NCBI RefSeq assembly: GCF_001186125.1
Contig: NW_014040409.1
Location: 72,078-127,824 of the forward strand
Direction of reading: 5' to 3'
Source of the DNA: Sphaeroforma arctica JP610
Taxonomy: Eukaryota
Length of the DNA: 55,747 nt
Shown: piece after piece, positions 14,621 through 45,206 of the stretch
Position numbering within the stretch: the first letter of the stretch is position 1
Layout: the number at the start of each line of letters is the position of its first letter
Translations under genes and position numbers: made by a program
The notes under the pieces: model-generated
Seen by the model: the letters and a program-made list of their open reading frames with translations, nothing else
What the model was told of the DNA's origin: nothing
Database searches by the model: none

Positions 14621-17600
14621 ATGAAACGGGGTGACGACTCTCAGACGCACCAGCCATCACGGAAGTGCATACTAGGATCCGAAATGACGCAGACCACACT
14701 AAAAAAAGATGCCTTGGCTGATCTAATTTCTCAATTACGCTTCGGAGTGGATGTCCGTGATCGTACTTACCACCTTAAAGCGTACAAGCAGGTCTTTGTT
14801 GGCAGTGATGCCGTTGATTTCATCGAAGTCACTGCTGGGGTAACTGATTTGATGACTTTGAACATTTCGCCGCTCAGCACATCCTTTGTACAATCCCATA
14901 CACGCTATGTGAATACTCATAATACAACATAATGAAAATACTCGCAGGCACACAATATATATATATAAATATATATATGTGTGTGTGTGTATACGTACGT
15001 GCAATCGTACGTATGTATGTATACAAATAAACATATATATACATATAGAGGTACGTACGTACGTACATATGTACATACAAACATACATGCATGCATGCAC
15101 ACACACACACTTAAATATANNNNNNNNNNNNNNNNNNNNTCAACTCTATACCTACTGTCTTGTATCTGAATAATTTCGGTATGATTCTGTATTAGATGTT
15201 GTAGTTAATGTAGAACTGTTTTGCATCCCCATGATATTGTCCGATGAATTGAATGCTAGCGGCCATAATTGAACTTTATGTTTTGTGTATTAGTAGAACG
15301 CTCGTGCCTTGAAGGGTATTCGCAATTTTGTTTTCATTATTCGGTACATATATCACTATGAATACAACTCAGCAATGTATGAGTTATCGATATCAAAGTC
15401 CAAAACAGTCAGTGTGCTATCTATGCTCTGGTATGCGCCTCTCATGCGAGCTTCAAATATCTAACAGGTTGGTCGTGCAGAGGCCTTAAACCTTGGAAAG
15501 GAGATGTTCAAGCAAGGTGTATTCGAACACGCGACCGGAGATCACGATCTGAAAGGTAAATATTGTTACTGGCGTGCTAAACAACAATTGTTCTGCTGTG
15601 AATATACCTTAGGCGCTCGCTTGGCGTGTCGCACTGAATTCGCACAAATCCTATCGTGACCTTTTAGGTTTGATCGATTCTAAAAATTTGCTTGATTTAG
15701 TTTAATGAGTCATCAACTTGGCGGCTCTTTTTCATCCTCTCTTATCGATCTACAAGATGCCTACTATTTCTATCGATTCAAGGATGACGTTGCTGTGCAC
15801 ACACTCTTCGGAGACCACCCGTATTTGGTAGGTTGTTCCTTTTGAGTTTTTCGACAAACGATACAAGGAAACCCCGCAACAAATGCTTAAATTTCATATT
15901 ATGTAGATCTCAACGATGTACTTTTGCATTGGTGGTTCTTGTACCGATTCTGGAGGCTTGTTATCTTGAGGACTTAGAGCGTGTTTATGAATATGGTTGT
16001 GGTATTTACATATTTTTCTAATAATTTTGACTCTACTCGAGTCAATCGATTCCCGTACGCTATTCGCACCTACGATTTTTGATGGTTTACAATTGTCTAT
16101 TGTTTTGCAAGTTAGTTCGAATTTTATCGAAATATCAGCTCTATTATAAGATGCAGCAATAAAACTTACAATTTGCCCCCAGGATTGTTTCCGAACATGC
16201 TTATACATTTGATACTTACTCAAGATTTAGCAAGTAGTTGATGTAAATGTCAATTCTCCAAGTTCTGAAGACTCACAGTAGTTTTGTATGCGCTGTGCAA
16301 TATATTTATTCTTTTGAATCTAGGATCATCACAGCTTATTCCTCTCCAGTCAGAATATTGGTTAGTCTACTTCCAGCTAAAAAGATGATGTTGCAAAACG
16401 TGACAGCCTGAATGAACCATGTCCTCAACTGAGACTATCACACCACCCCTATACCTATGCGCACTTCACATCATTATAGCAAGGGGAGGAGAATGTGGTA
16501 TCAAGTCCGTCACCCTTCACAGGCCACGATTACAATGAAAAGTACAGTGATACTTTGATGGAAACTCTTGACTGGCTGGAGGTCAGCCCACTAGATGTCC
16601 ACAACAACAAACTGCTGTCGAATGTTCACCCCACACAGTACAAAAGTATGTCATGATGTTTCATCGATACCATTTCCAGGTCATTTATTGTGATGTTTTT
16701 CGCTGATATGGGTTTTTTTGCGAGCCATTAATTGAAGCAGCGATATGGATCCAAATATCGCATTTTCAGCTTGTTGCTAGGGCCCAATATTCAATGTTCT
16801 CTGTGCACGCATACTTTCTAGATCCCTCCCCGCAACCAAATTATAACATGGTGGTAATAGGTGCTGGCGCTGCTGGTCTCGTTACCGCTATCGCTTCAGC
16901 AGGTGTTGGTGCCAAGGTATGATTGTGTAATCTTTATACCTGCTATGCGTGAACACACTGATTCTACGAATTTACCTACGTGATTCTGCTTTCGCTTGCT
17001 CTTTACGCTATTATAAAGCAGAAGTAATGCTTCCCTCAATGTTTTTATCCGTGTATACATATTTTTTTGAACTCGCCCGGTACTGTTAAGAGAGTCAGCG
17101 AAGCGTATGCTTTAATTGAATGCTATCTTACGCTCCAGGTTGCAATCATCGAAAAGCATCTAATGGGAGGAGACTGTCTCAATGTAGGCTGTGTGCCGTC
17201 CAAGGCGCTCATCCGTGCTGCAAGGGCTATCTACGAAGTTAAGAATAGTGAGCAGTTTGGCATCACCTGCAGTGATGTCAAGGTTGATTTTGGCAAAATC
17301 ATGGAGCGCATGCGTCGCCTGCGTGCGCAGATTAGTGATGTAGATTCTGTACAGCGCTTCTCAAAGGCCGGTGTTGATGTTTACATTGGGGAAGGGAAAT
17401 TCACCAGCAAGAACACTGTCGAGGTATGTCATCTATATGAAGCCTGTGAAAGTAGCAGATTTATGTGAGTAACCTGCCTATCATGGCGTTTGTGATCATA
17501 AGAGAGTGAGATTTAGAAACCAGTCGTACAGTGAAGCAGAGTCAGCACTCGTATTTTTGCAGAGGGCTCACATTTACATAGATCTGGCGATGTAAACTTT

Positions 17601-19378
17601 GGCATCATCTGGTTGAAGTGCTCAAGCGCCTGTATAAATACGATATGCGGGCGATCAGTGAGTCTGAGCGCATGCAAGCTGAATTCTGTACACGTTGACA
17701 GTGAGGACCTCAGATCTTCATCAAGTACATGTATACGAACTAATATCTAGGTGAACGGGCAGACATTGAAGTTCTCCAAAGCTTGTGTTGCCACCGGTGG
17801 ACGTGCAGGCGTACCGGCTATCCCCGGTATCCAGGACATCAAGTTCTTAACCAACGCAACACTATTTAACTTGACGGAACTGCCCAAGCGTTTCGGTGTA
17901 ATTGGCACTGGTGCAATTGGATGCGAAATGGCCCAATCTTTCCGAAGATTTGGATCTGAAGTGTCACTTTTCGGTCGTTCGGGTCATCTTTTGGGAGCAG
18001 AAGAACAGGATGCCATCGATGCCAGTATGTAATTTCGTAGCGGTCGATTTGCAAATATGAAACCGTATCGGCGCAATGGGCGCGCTTATCTACTGTTTTG
18101 TTGTAGCATACATGTTTTTAATCATGTCATAAACTACTCATTTTGCAGTCACTAACCAGTTCGAGAAGGAAGGTATCAAGCTCTATCTATCGTCTGACTA
18201 CGAACGCATCGAGAAACGCGAAGGCGCCGAAAAGGAAACAGAGATCGTTCTACACATGAAGAATGGAGACAAATTTGTTTTCGACGAGCTTCTGGTTGCT
18301 GCTGGTCGTGTGCCTAATGTTGAGAACCTCAACTTGGATGTTGCAGGCGTAGACTTTGATAAGAAGACTGGCGTCGTTGTCAACGATTACCTGCAAACAA
18401 CCAACTCCAATATCTACGCTGCGGGAGATATTTGCTTCAAGTACAAATTCACCCATGTGGCTGATTTCTTGGCGCGTATCGTGGTCCGAAATGCCCTCTT
18501 CTTTGGTAAGAGTAAGGCTTCTGATCTGTTGATCCCCTGGGCGATTTACACCGAGCCCGAAGTCGCACATGTGGGCTTATATGAGAAGGACGCTATTGCC
18601 AAGCACGGTTCCGTTGACGTCTACAAGCAGAGTATGTCGTCTTTTGAAGTTCTCTAATTCTAGCTCGTAGACTGTTTCCCTTATTCTACTTCGAAATGAA
18701 GCCTCATCTTCGAAATACAAACAACAATTTCTATTTATTCAAAGAAATGGACGAGGTGGATCGAGCAATTCTCGAGGGCGAAACGGAAGGCTTCGTCAAA
18801 GTAGTTACCAAGGTATTTGATCCGACCGGAAAACCGTTGAGCGCATTTCCCATTTAATTGACCCAACGTTTAGGTACTGAAATTTTAATGAGCTGTTTTC
18901 AGCCTGCTATCAACGAATTTTCAATCACATATTGTGGTATCAGAAAGGATCTGCTGATGTCATTGGTGCCACAGTGGTTGCTGGACATGCCGGAGACATG
19001 ATTTCCGAGCTCACTGTTGCAATGGCGGGGGGTGTAAATCTACAAGCCCTGTCCACGATCATCCATCCATACCCTACTCAAGGTACTTGTGTTTTCAGTT
19101 GTGCGCTCTTGTACTCTATTGTGCTCACGTTTCATGAATGAACTGCACAATAGGCAATAAAATTCTATTATTTGTTTTTCATTGAACGGAAAATTGATAG
19201 CAATTTAATCTTAGTACCTCTATCTACGATTACTCAGTGCATACAACTCAAATTCTGAATTATATTTTTGCTACAAACAGCCGAGGCTATCCGCAAAATT
19301 GGGGACCAATACAATCGTACAAGGCTGACACCGGTGGCGAAGAAGCTACTCAACGGTTTATTAGCGATTCAGCGATAA
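14621..19378 (+). CDS. DEP domain fused to a MerA-like pyridine nucleotide-disulfide oxidoreductase, 11 exons
   Basis: Exons 14621-14839, 15468-15555, 15757-15827, 16480-16645, 16822-16916, 17139-17423, 17751-18024, 18149-18631, 18745-18812, 18944-19082 and 19281-19378 join in phase. DEP: GVDVRDRTYHLKAYKQVFVGSDAVDFI...RAEALNLGKEMFKQGVFEHATGDHDLKDAYYFYRF. Reductase: VIGAGAAG, GGDCLNVGCVPSK, GTGAIGCE, IYAAGD, YTEPEVAHVG, HPYPTQAE. The start could instead be the next Met (MTQTTL). Confidence 0.88.
14950..15139. repeat. TA/TG/TACG microsatellite ending in a 20-N assembly gap (15120-15139), in intron 1 of the DEP-reductase gene
   Basis: Directly visible. Confidence 0.9.
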
Positions 19379-20039
19379 ATTTTCTTCAGCACTGTAAAAT
19401 GGCGAAAACGGCGGTGCAGCAGGAAAGCAAAGGCTAATATATTGACACTCAGGTTACTGAGAGCTAATCGTACCAATGCAGTGGAGTAGAGTCAAAAAGC
19501 GAACTGCTCTATGAACGTCAAATCCTCGCACTTTTAACTTGTAATATGCAAAATAAGACGTACTGATTATGTTGGTCGCGTGCTTCATGCATGTTCCTGA
19601 CAAACGATTAAATTGCCAAAACATGCAAGGCTAGTGCACTCAGGGTAGTATATGATACCCGCCATGAACGCCGGTTACTGCAGCCCAAATTGTGAACGCT
19701 TAGCATGCACTGTACCTTTTCAAAGAAGTATGAGACCAGGGTTGTGTATTTTATATTTGATTGATGAAGGGTATATACTTTAATATGTCAGTCTGTAATC
19801 GATACCCCGTCCCGTGATGGTACTTTTTGTCCGGTACGAACAGATATCCCGTCGGTAGAGATATTCTATCCTTTACATTTATGTTCGTCGCAACAGTGGT
19901 TCATAACCGTAATAGCCCAGCGCTGTGAAGGTCGCCGCATGTTTCTACTGGAGCCAAGCCAGAGCTCACAGGTTGGAGGTGCTTTAAATCGTTTGATATT
20001 TTTGCGCTGCACATGGACCGTGAATGTCGCGAGATGTCG

Positions 20040-23000
20040 CTATCTTGTAGCAACATTGCGGGTGGACGTGTTATTCATACCATCGTGAATCAGCTGCGGT
20101 AAAAAAAACAGGATTCATTTCAGATCAGATTTAGACTTTTTTAATAAAATTGGCACTTCGAATGTGATATTTCAGCAGAAGCAAAATGAGAAAGTAACTA
20201 ATCAGCAAAATGTGATACACATTTGGGTACATGAATAGTCTTTGCTTGCTTACCTTTGTGATGTCCAATCCAGTCACCTTATTCACAACAGCAGGCAGTT
20301 GGGTGATGATCTCGACGATCTCAGAAGTCAACCGAGCCGCACCAATGTCATCATCATCCGCACTTATCATTGTCAACTTATTCATTTGTGCAATAGGTGC
20401 CGCGACTTCTGCTGTGACCTACCCGAAACAAATCGCAAACAATTGTGCATATGGTGAGAAAATCTTTCGAAAGCTGGAGAACCGCGTCTTCAAAGGTGCA
20501 AGGTTTCAATACAACAACGTAGAAATATGCTTTGAGACGTTGTTTCGCGGAGATCCATCAACACTGTGTATAATATGAGGCTTACCTTTGGTAGTACAGA
20601 GAAGGTCATGTCAGCTACAGCTGCGTTGCCATAGCGATCCCAAGCCTTCGCGCGCGCTTCCATAGCTTGTGCCATAGCCTCTCCCTCTGCTTGTATAGCC
20701 TGTGCCTCGGCGTCCCCTTTGAGCTGTATAAATGAGAACAAATATGCAGGAATGAGCAACGGAGCAGTTAAGATACTCTACACGATGCTGCATACACCTA
20801 TGTCTAAAGACATTTTACATTCTGAATCGAAAAAAGTTTAACTGAATGGTACCCTACCTTGATCGCATGTGCTTGAGCATCACATCCTGATTGGAGCTTT
20901 GCCCTGTAAAGTAAACAATATGAGTCTTTGAGTATACGACAACGAATCTCTGGGAGAAACGCAAGCATCAAGGAAGGGGGCACGCATGCGCTGCCCAGGA
21001 AAACCTTGATTGCAAAGGAGGTAGTGATAATCAATAACATAATTATCAGAAGAAGTCGATACTCCACTCACTTCATCGCTTCTCCAAGAATTGTTTTCTT
21101 CTCGCACTCGGCGGCACTGGGAAGATAAATCTCACTCTGCAAAGCCATCTCTTTTCTCAGAGACTCTTGCTTGGCCAATTCGATTTGCATTTGCTTCTCG
21201 ACAACCATTACATTCATTTCTTCTTCTTTGATTCTTTGTTGCGTTTTTGCGTTCTCCAGATTGTACGCAAGTGTCGCATCAGCCTCTACGGTATTCACCT
21301 GGTGGCGTACAATGAGTTTAAGTCTGGGGTGAACACTTAAAAAATATTTTCAGTACGCTAAAGTATCTTTCAGTACATCACAGGTCAACCCCATACCTAT
21401 CCTCTTGTGGAATATAACTCTGAACACTGACGAAAACAACGCGTGAGATACAAAGGAGAATACTACGTAAATGGACCATACTCTGCTGTTATATTCCTCT
21501 TGGGCAACATTGTAGTCACGTTCTGCTGACGCGATAGCAGTGTCGCATTGATATTTAGCAGCCAATCTTTCTTCTTCTGCTTTTGCTTGCTGCAATATAA
21601 GAAGTGTGTAAGATTGGTTAAAGATTGGTTACAAAATGCAAAAAGATACTCGTGCCTGTCGCAGCGAATGCAGACCTTCAACCATTAGTGCACGTTAAGA
21701 GTCTCAGAGAGCTAGCAACAATTATTTATATACAGAAGGGTATTATACCGAGCCTATAATATGATTTTTTTTATAGCACCGACAGATAAAGTTGTCTGAG
21801 TCTCGAGACCTCAAGTTCAGAAAGACATACTCTGATTGATGCATCCCGTTCAGCTTCTGCAGTTCCAATACGTGCGTCGGTTCGGACTTCGGCAGTTCGT
21901 TTTTGCCCGAGTGACTGATAGCATTACAGGAGCAAGTGAAATCAGTGAATCAGCTCACCAACCAAACCTGATTGTGCTCAAAAGCCCCCCCCCCCGCAAG
22001 AAAAACCCCAAATACGACGCGGCAGCTTACTCGTGCAGTGCTTATGCCAGACTCTGTGGTAGGACCACTTACAACTCACCTCAAGATAGCCATTTGCATC
22101 TCTAACATCTTTTAGCGTGTACGATACAATTGTGATACCCATCGCTTGCAAGTCTGGCGATGCAACTCTGTAGACAGCCTCTGCAAACTTTTTTCTATCC
22201 ATGTAGATCTCCTCAACTGTCATGGTCTGCGGTCAGTGAAGTGAAGGGGAAAGTGTATTAGCAATCGGACTGAGGTCCATCTCGACAGGTATTCAAGAAC
22301 CACACGAAGCCTACCTAGGCACATTCGAAAAACCAGACTATACAGCTGAATTGTACCTTTTTTGAAAGGACAATCCAGACAAACCTCGTCATACCGTTCT
22401 AAATTACAAAACGACAGTGACCCGAATGATAAATCAGCATTTGTCATAGGCCTTTCCGAAATGCTCGGCTGCCAAAGTGATTTTTAGAGGCACATTGTAC
22501 TTCATTTATAGAGGCATTTTGTACTAAAGACGAGTATAAACATATATCATGAATGAGAACACATCATGTGCACACTATATACATCCTGAAACTATAGGTA
22601 ACAATGATCTAAATCGGGTTGTTATTCACTTGTATTTATCAATACACAAGTCCATAGATTAGAAATCCGAAACTATGAATTCATATACCGATACCCTCGC
22701 TTCACGTATAAATTAGGTCCACACCATACAATAACAGATCTGGTGCGGAACAAGTTCCGACATTGATTCAAAAACCAAGGTACCCTTCGTGAAATATAAT
22801 CAAATTACTACACATAGACAGTCTCAGTTTTGCAATCATATACATACACCTATAATTTAAATTTATTTAACACAGATGCATGAGATACGAATCAACTTAC
22901 ACCCATGATAGCACGTTGATGCCCCTCTAGCGTTTGCATTACTATGCTTTCGATCTCACTCGGGTTCTTGCCCATGAAGTGCTGTGAATGTTCGAGAGGA

Positions 23001-24700
23001 TGGATTGATTTCCGGTTAGAGATCCGATGGGGTAATCGAAAATGATAAACAGTTTACAGGGTTCAAAATGTTTCAAATGAGTCAAAAGAATTGCTTGAAA
23101 TACCTGACACGCAGCGGCCCTCATTTCGGCGAATTTGGCCTCCACTTTAACCTACGTGGCATGGATACAACACAGAATAAGGTCAGTGATGGATACGGCG
23201 CTGGTCCATCTGCGTAATTTCTATCTCACTTTCATTTCTACTGAGCAAGACTAGGCATGAGATGAAGGTTCACTCGCGATAAACCAAATTAATCGTGGAA
23301 TAGGTCTATTGCTTAAACCGTACATGGGTGCAGAAACTGTGTTTATGCTCTGCAGAAACGGGGACAGAGTTCGAAGTAAATTTAACGAAGCCGGCTTTCT
23401 CCAACAATTACGAATAACATATATACGCTTGAAGACATATGTAATGGAAATATTTCATACAGTTTGACACGTACTAATATTGTCATTGTCAGTTTTCATT
23501 GTCGCCAGCAGAGGAAACACAGAACTTGTAAATTGTGCGAGTTGTTGGTACATTAGCGGATTTTTGGACGTGTTTTTATTGACTTGCGGACACCGAACTG
23601 GAAGCAACACAGCCAACATCACATTCAACTGGGAAGATCATTAACTCCATATATGCATTCATCCATTGTCTTATACCACATCTACATCTTTCGTGATCAC
23701 AACCTACCTGTGCAACACCCGACACAGATATCTTCACACCCTCCTGAGATAAGACTTCACGAGACTCGATGATGGCTGTCATGATATTCAGAGGCAACCT
23801 GCAACATTCGACATAGAAATATATGAGCGTAGACGGGGCACAAGGCATCTCCTATAATAGCTGATCCTTTTTTATATTTGATATAGTCGTAAACCCCTTT
23901 ACGTTCGATACTCCAGCCCAACTGAAAGTTTAACTCTTGTCGCTTAGCGCAACGGTCCGGACGTGCCAGATTATTCGACGATTTGTGTTAACTAGGATGT
24001 TTACAACTTGTGATACGCCGGCAGGGTGTTCGGTATGAAACAATCGTTAAACGCACAAGCACGTACTGCGCACATTGTACTCACTCACTGTCCGGAATAA
24101 TACTAAAGTCGTTCGAATAAATACATACTTTTGAACCTTCTGGCACCATGGCCATACCCAGGTACGCCCTCCGGTGATGTACTTCGGTTCAGAATGGCAG
24201 GCCCCTTGAAAAAGCAAAAATAATACGAAGTACACTTACTTGAGTGTTGAGGCCGCTTGGGTGGGTACTAGTTTGAGAACAATTTGCGCATACATCAGCA
24301 TATATTCGATGGCGATCTTTATTCGCAGCGGTATGAAGTATCTTTAGGACTGCTAATAACAACATCAAAAATGGACGCAAGTTGTGGGTTTCTCAGCCCC
24401 AAACGCCATTTATTCCGTGCAGCTTCTATCAGGTCAGGCATCGGTAGTTGCTTGCAGCTCTATATCAGTTGTGGCAGTGTACATACCGTGATGATTATTC
24501 ACGGAGAAGATGTCATACGTGTAACGGACTGCACTACTGAAGCTGGTCGAAGCAGACTCGCTATCCTAATCCGGAAACTGAACTGGAATCAGATTAAGCA
24601 GGCACCTAACAAATCCCTAAGCTTACAATGAAGATATAAAGCACTTACCAGACACCACCATTATTTGATTGGGAGAAACCCCCTTGAATCCACAACCCAT
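20040..24700 (-). CDS. Flotillin (SPFH/band-7 domain plus flotillin coiled coil), 13 exons
   Basis: [18 protein letters not shown] / [14 protein letters not shown] / [15 protein letters not shown] / [11 protein letters not shown] / [51 protein letters not shown] / [13 protein letters not shown] / [14 protein letters not shown] / [12 protein letters not shown] / [13 protein letters not shown]. Stop TAG at 20040-20042. Confidence 0.94.
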
Positions 24701-25558
24701 CCTGCAAGGCGATAGTTAATATACACTATATAGTCTATGAAAATTTCGGAACAGAACCGTGTTTGCAGTTAATGCAGACAGCGGTTGTGAAGCAACAGGT
24801 CGACGCGATGACATGACTTCAAGAAAGATCAAGCGCAACTCAACAAGTGAAGTATTTAAAATATTTATGTACTCAAAACTCAAGTCTCAACTACGGCTTT
24901 TTTTCATTTCACCCAGATCTTTCATTAGGTGCGAATGTTCACGCTTGAAAGCAATGAAAACCATTAAAACTTAACTTATAGAAAATTATTTATTCGTCAA
25001 AACACAAATTCATAATGTCATTGGACCAGTAAAACCAAATACAAATATTGATAATTCAATACATATCCAATATTTCACCATCGAAATGATTCAACACACA
25101 TAAAGATTCGAAACTTCTCTCTGGCGTATTTATTCTGAAGACAAACCAGAGATATCTGTGCCAATCAAATCCTTCGATTGTTCCAAAATATTTTGGCGGG
25201 CTATATACTCTCGTTCTTTTAATACACTGGAGCCAGGCAACTGACATGCATTGACCTCGGACATTAAATATATTGTACACGAAAGTGATAAGTCTAGGTG
25301 ACCCAAGATTCGTAGCTATTTGTTGTATGCCGTGCTGTGCGTAGTACACTATTTACCTACAGTCCTGCACTATTAGGGGTAGCAAGAACCACGTTGTACA
25401 CGTAAGTGCTCGTGATTCGTAACACTACGTTCTAACAATCGAATACAAGCTGATAGCTACAAAACCCCATAGTCGTCTGTGTTTGAAGTTTAAACGCTCT
25501 AATCATTTACTCACAAAACCACGGTGATTGATATGGGTATAGTCAGTCATTGCAGCCG

Positions 25559-37493
<11,935 letters not shown>

Positions 37494-38842
37494 GTACGTG
37501 GCTTGGGCTCTTCTTACCAGCAATACAGTAAACATTCAAAAGCGCTGGCGATAAATTTCCTATCAGTGTGGCTATAAAAATACCCGCGCCTCCCGCCAAA
37601 TCACGTGCGGTTGATACAGTTTCTCTTAAAATACCGTGCTCGGACTTGCTTCCTTCATCTGGAGTTTAAATGGCGAGATCAAGCACCAGGTGTACTCGTG
37701 ACCTACGACAGCTCCTTGTACGATTCGTTTCTATGAAGACAGACGTGCACCTGCAGTAAACTCCGTGCAGTACTAGGCAGTCGGCGATCCTTCCACCGGA
37801 AGTTTTAATCATTTTCCAACATCAACAATAGCTTTAAATAGGGCACTCCTGGTTGCTATCATAGTAAGATGGAGTATCTCTGCTGCTTTTGTGGATCGAA
37901 ATCGATGATCTCTTCGACTGCAGGCTATCGCTTATCCGTACCTGGTCTAAGTGTATTCCGGTAGGCGATTGGAAGGGTAGACTTGTGCAACCCAATAGAC
38001 ACATGAAGCAAGTACAATCGCGATAACCTGAAGGACTATGGTTATAATGTATATCGGAATGCGTCGTGTATTCAGTCGAGGGCTACCATCATCGAGCGTA
38101 TTCAGCTCTGCGTGGCTACACTCACCTTTGATTTCAGGTGTTTTGACAAATAAAAGATCGACATAGTATGCAATATATCAGGCAGCGAGCCCCAAGTGAT
38201 CCGAATAAAATATTCCTCAATAAGAAATTCTAAAGTATTCTAGGCCTTGAACAGCTCGAAACTTGGATTCGGTACATTTGTGCCCAAGCATCCATTCACG
38301 TGCGGCAACATCAAAATCAATTGTTGCATAGGAAGCCCTATCACTGCCGTCTCGGTCCAATACATTCTAGACTCTCTGATACAATTTGTTTCTGTTTGTA
38401 GTAGAAATACACGTCAGGCCGAATAGACGTTGCCTTGACTAGTGCTGCAACCCATACTTAAACGTGTGTAAGTATGTAAAATTTCTTCTTGTTGTACACA
38501 GACAATAGCCTCCCGTTCTTTTTACAGGTTGTTAAGCACGGGCCTCCGGGAATCCATAATACTGGTAAAACCCTATAACTCTACAACTATTGAATGCTCC
38601 AATAGCTTCTTTTACAAAAAATGATTAGAGAGGGGTATACTGTCTACATATGAAGAAACAGTATTTATTATATTTATATATTCATATTTACATTGCCGGC
38701 ATATAGTGCTTTTTTCAGTCTGCCTGTAAGTGTAATAGTGTATTGGAGCAGGATTAGCCGATGCTTCAATTACACTTCGACACTCCAACCGGTGTCATAG
38801 ACGGGTGCACATTGACCACGTTGTAGATTTTCTTGTTCTAGG

Positions 38843-45206
<6,364 letters not shown>

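Noticed and set aside
16822..19378. Calling the reductase merA or dihydrolipoamide dehydrogenase
   Set aside because: It lacks the MerA C-terminal Cys pair and NmerA domain, and lacks the DLD catalytic His motif and a mitochondrial presequence.
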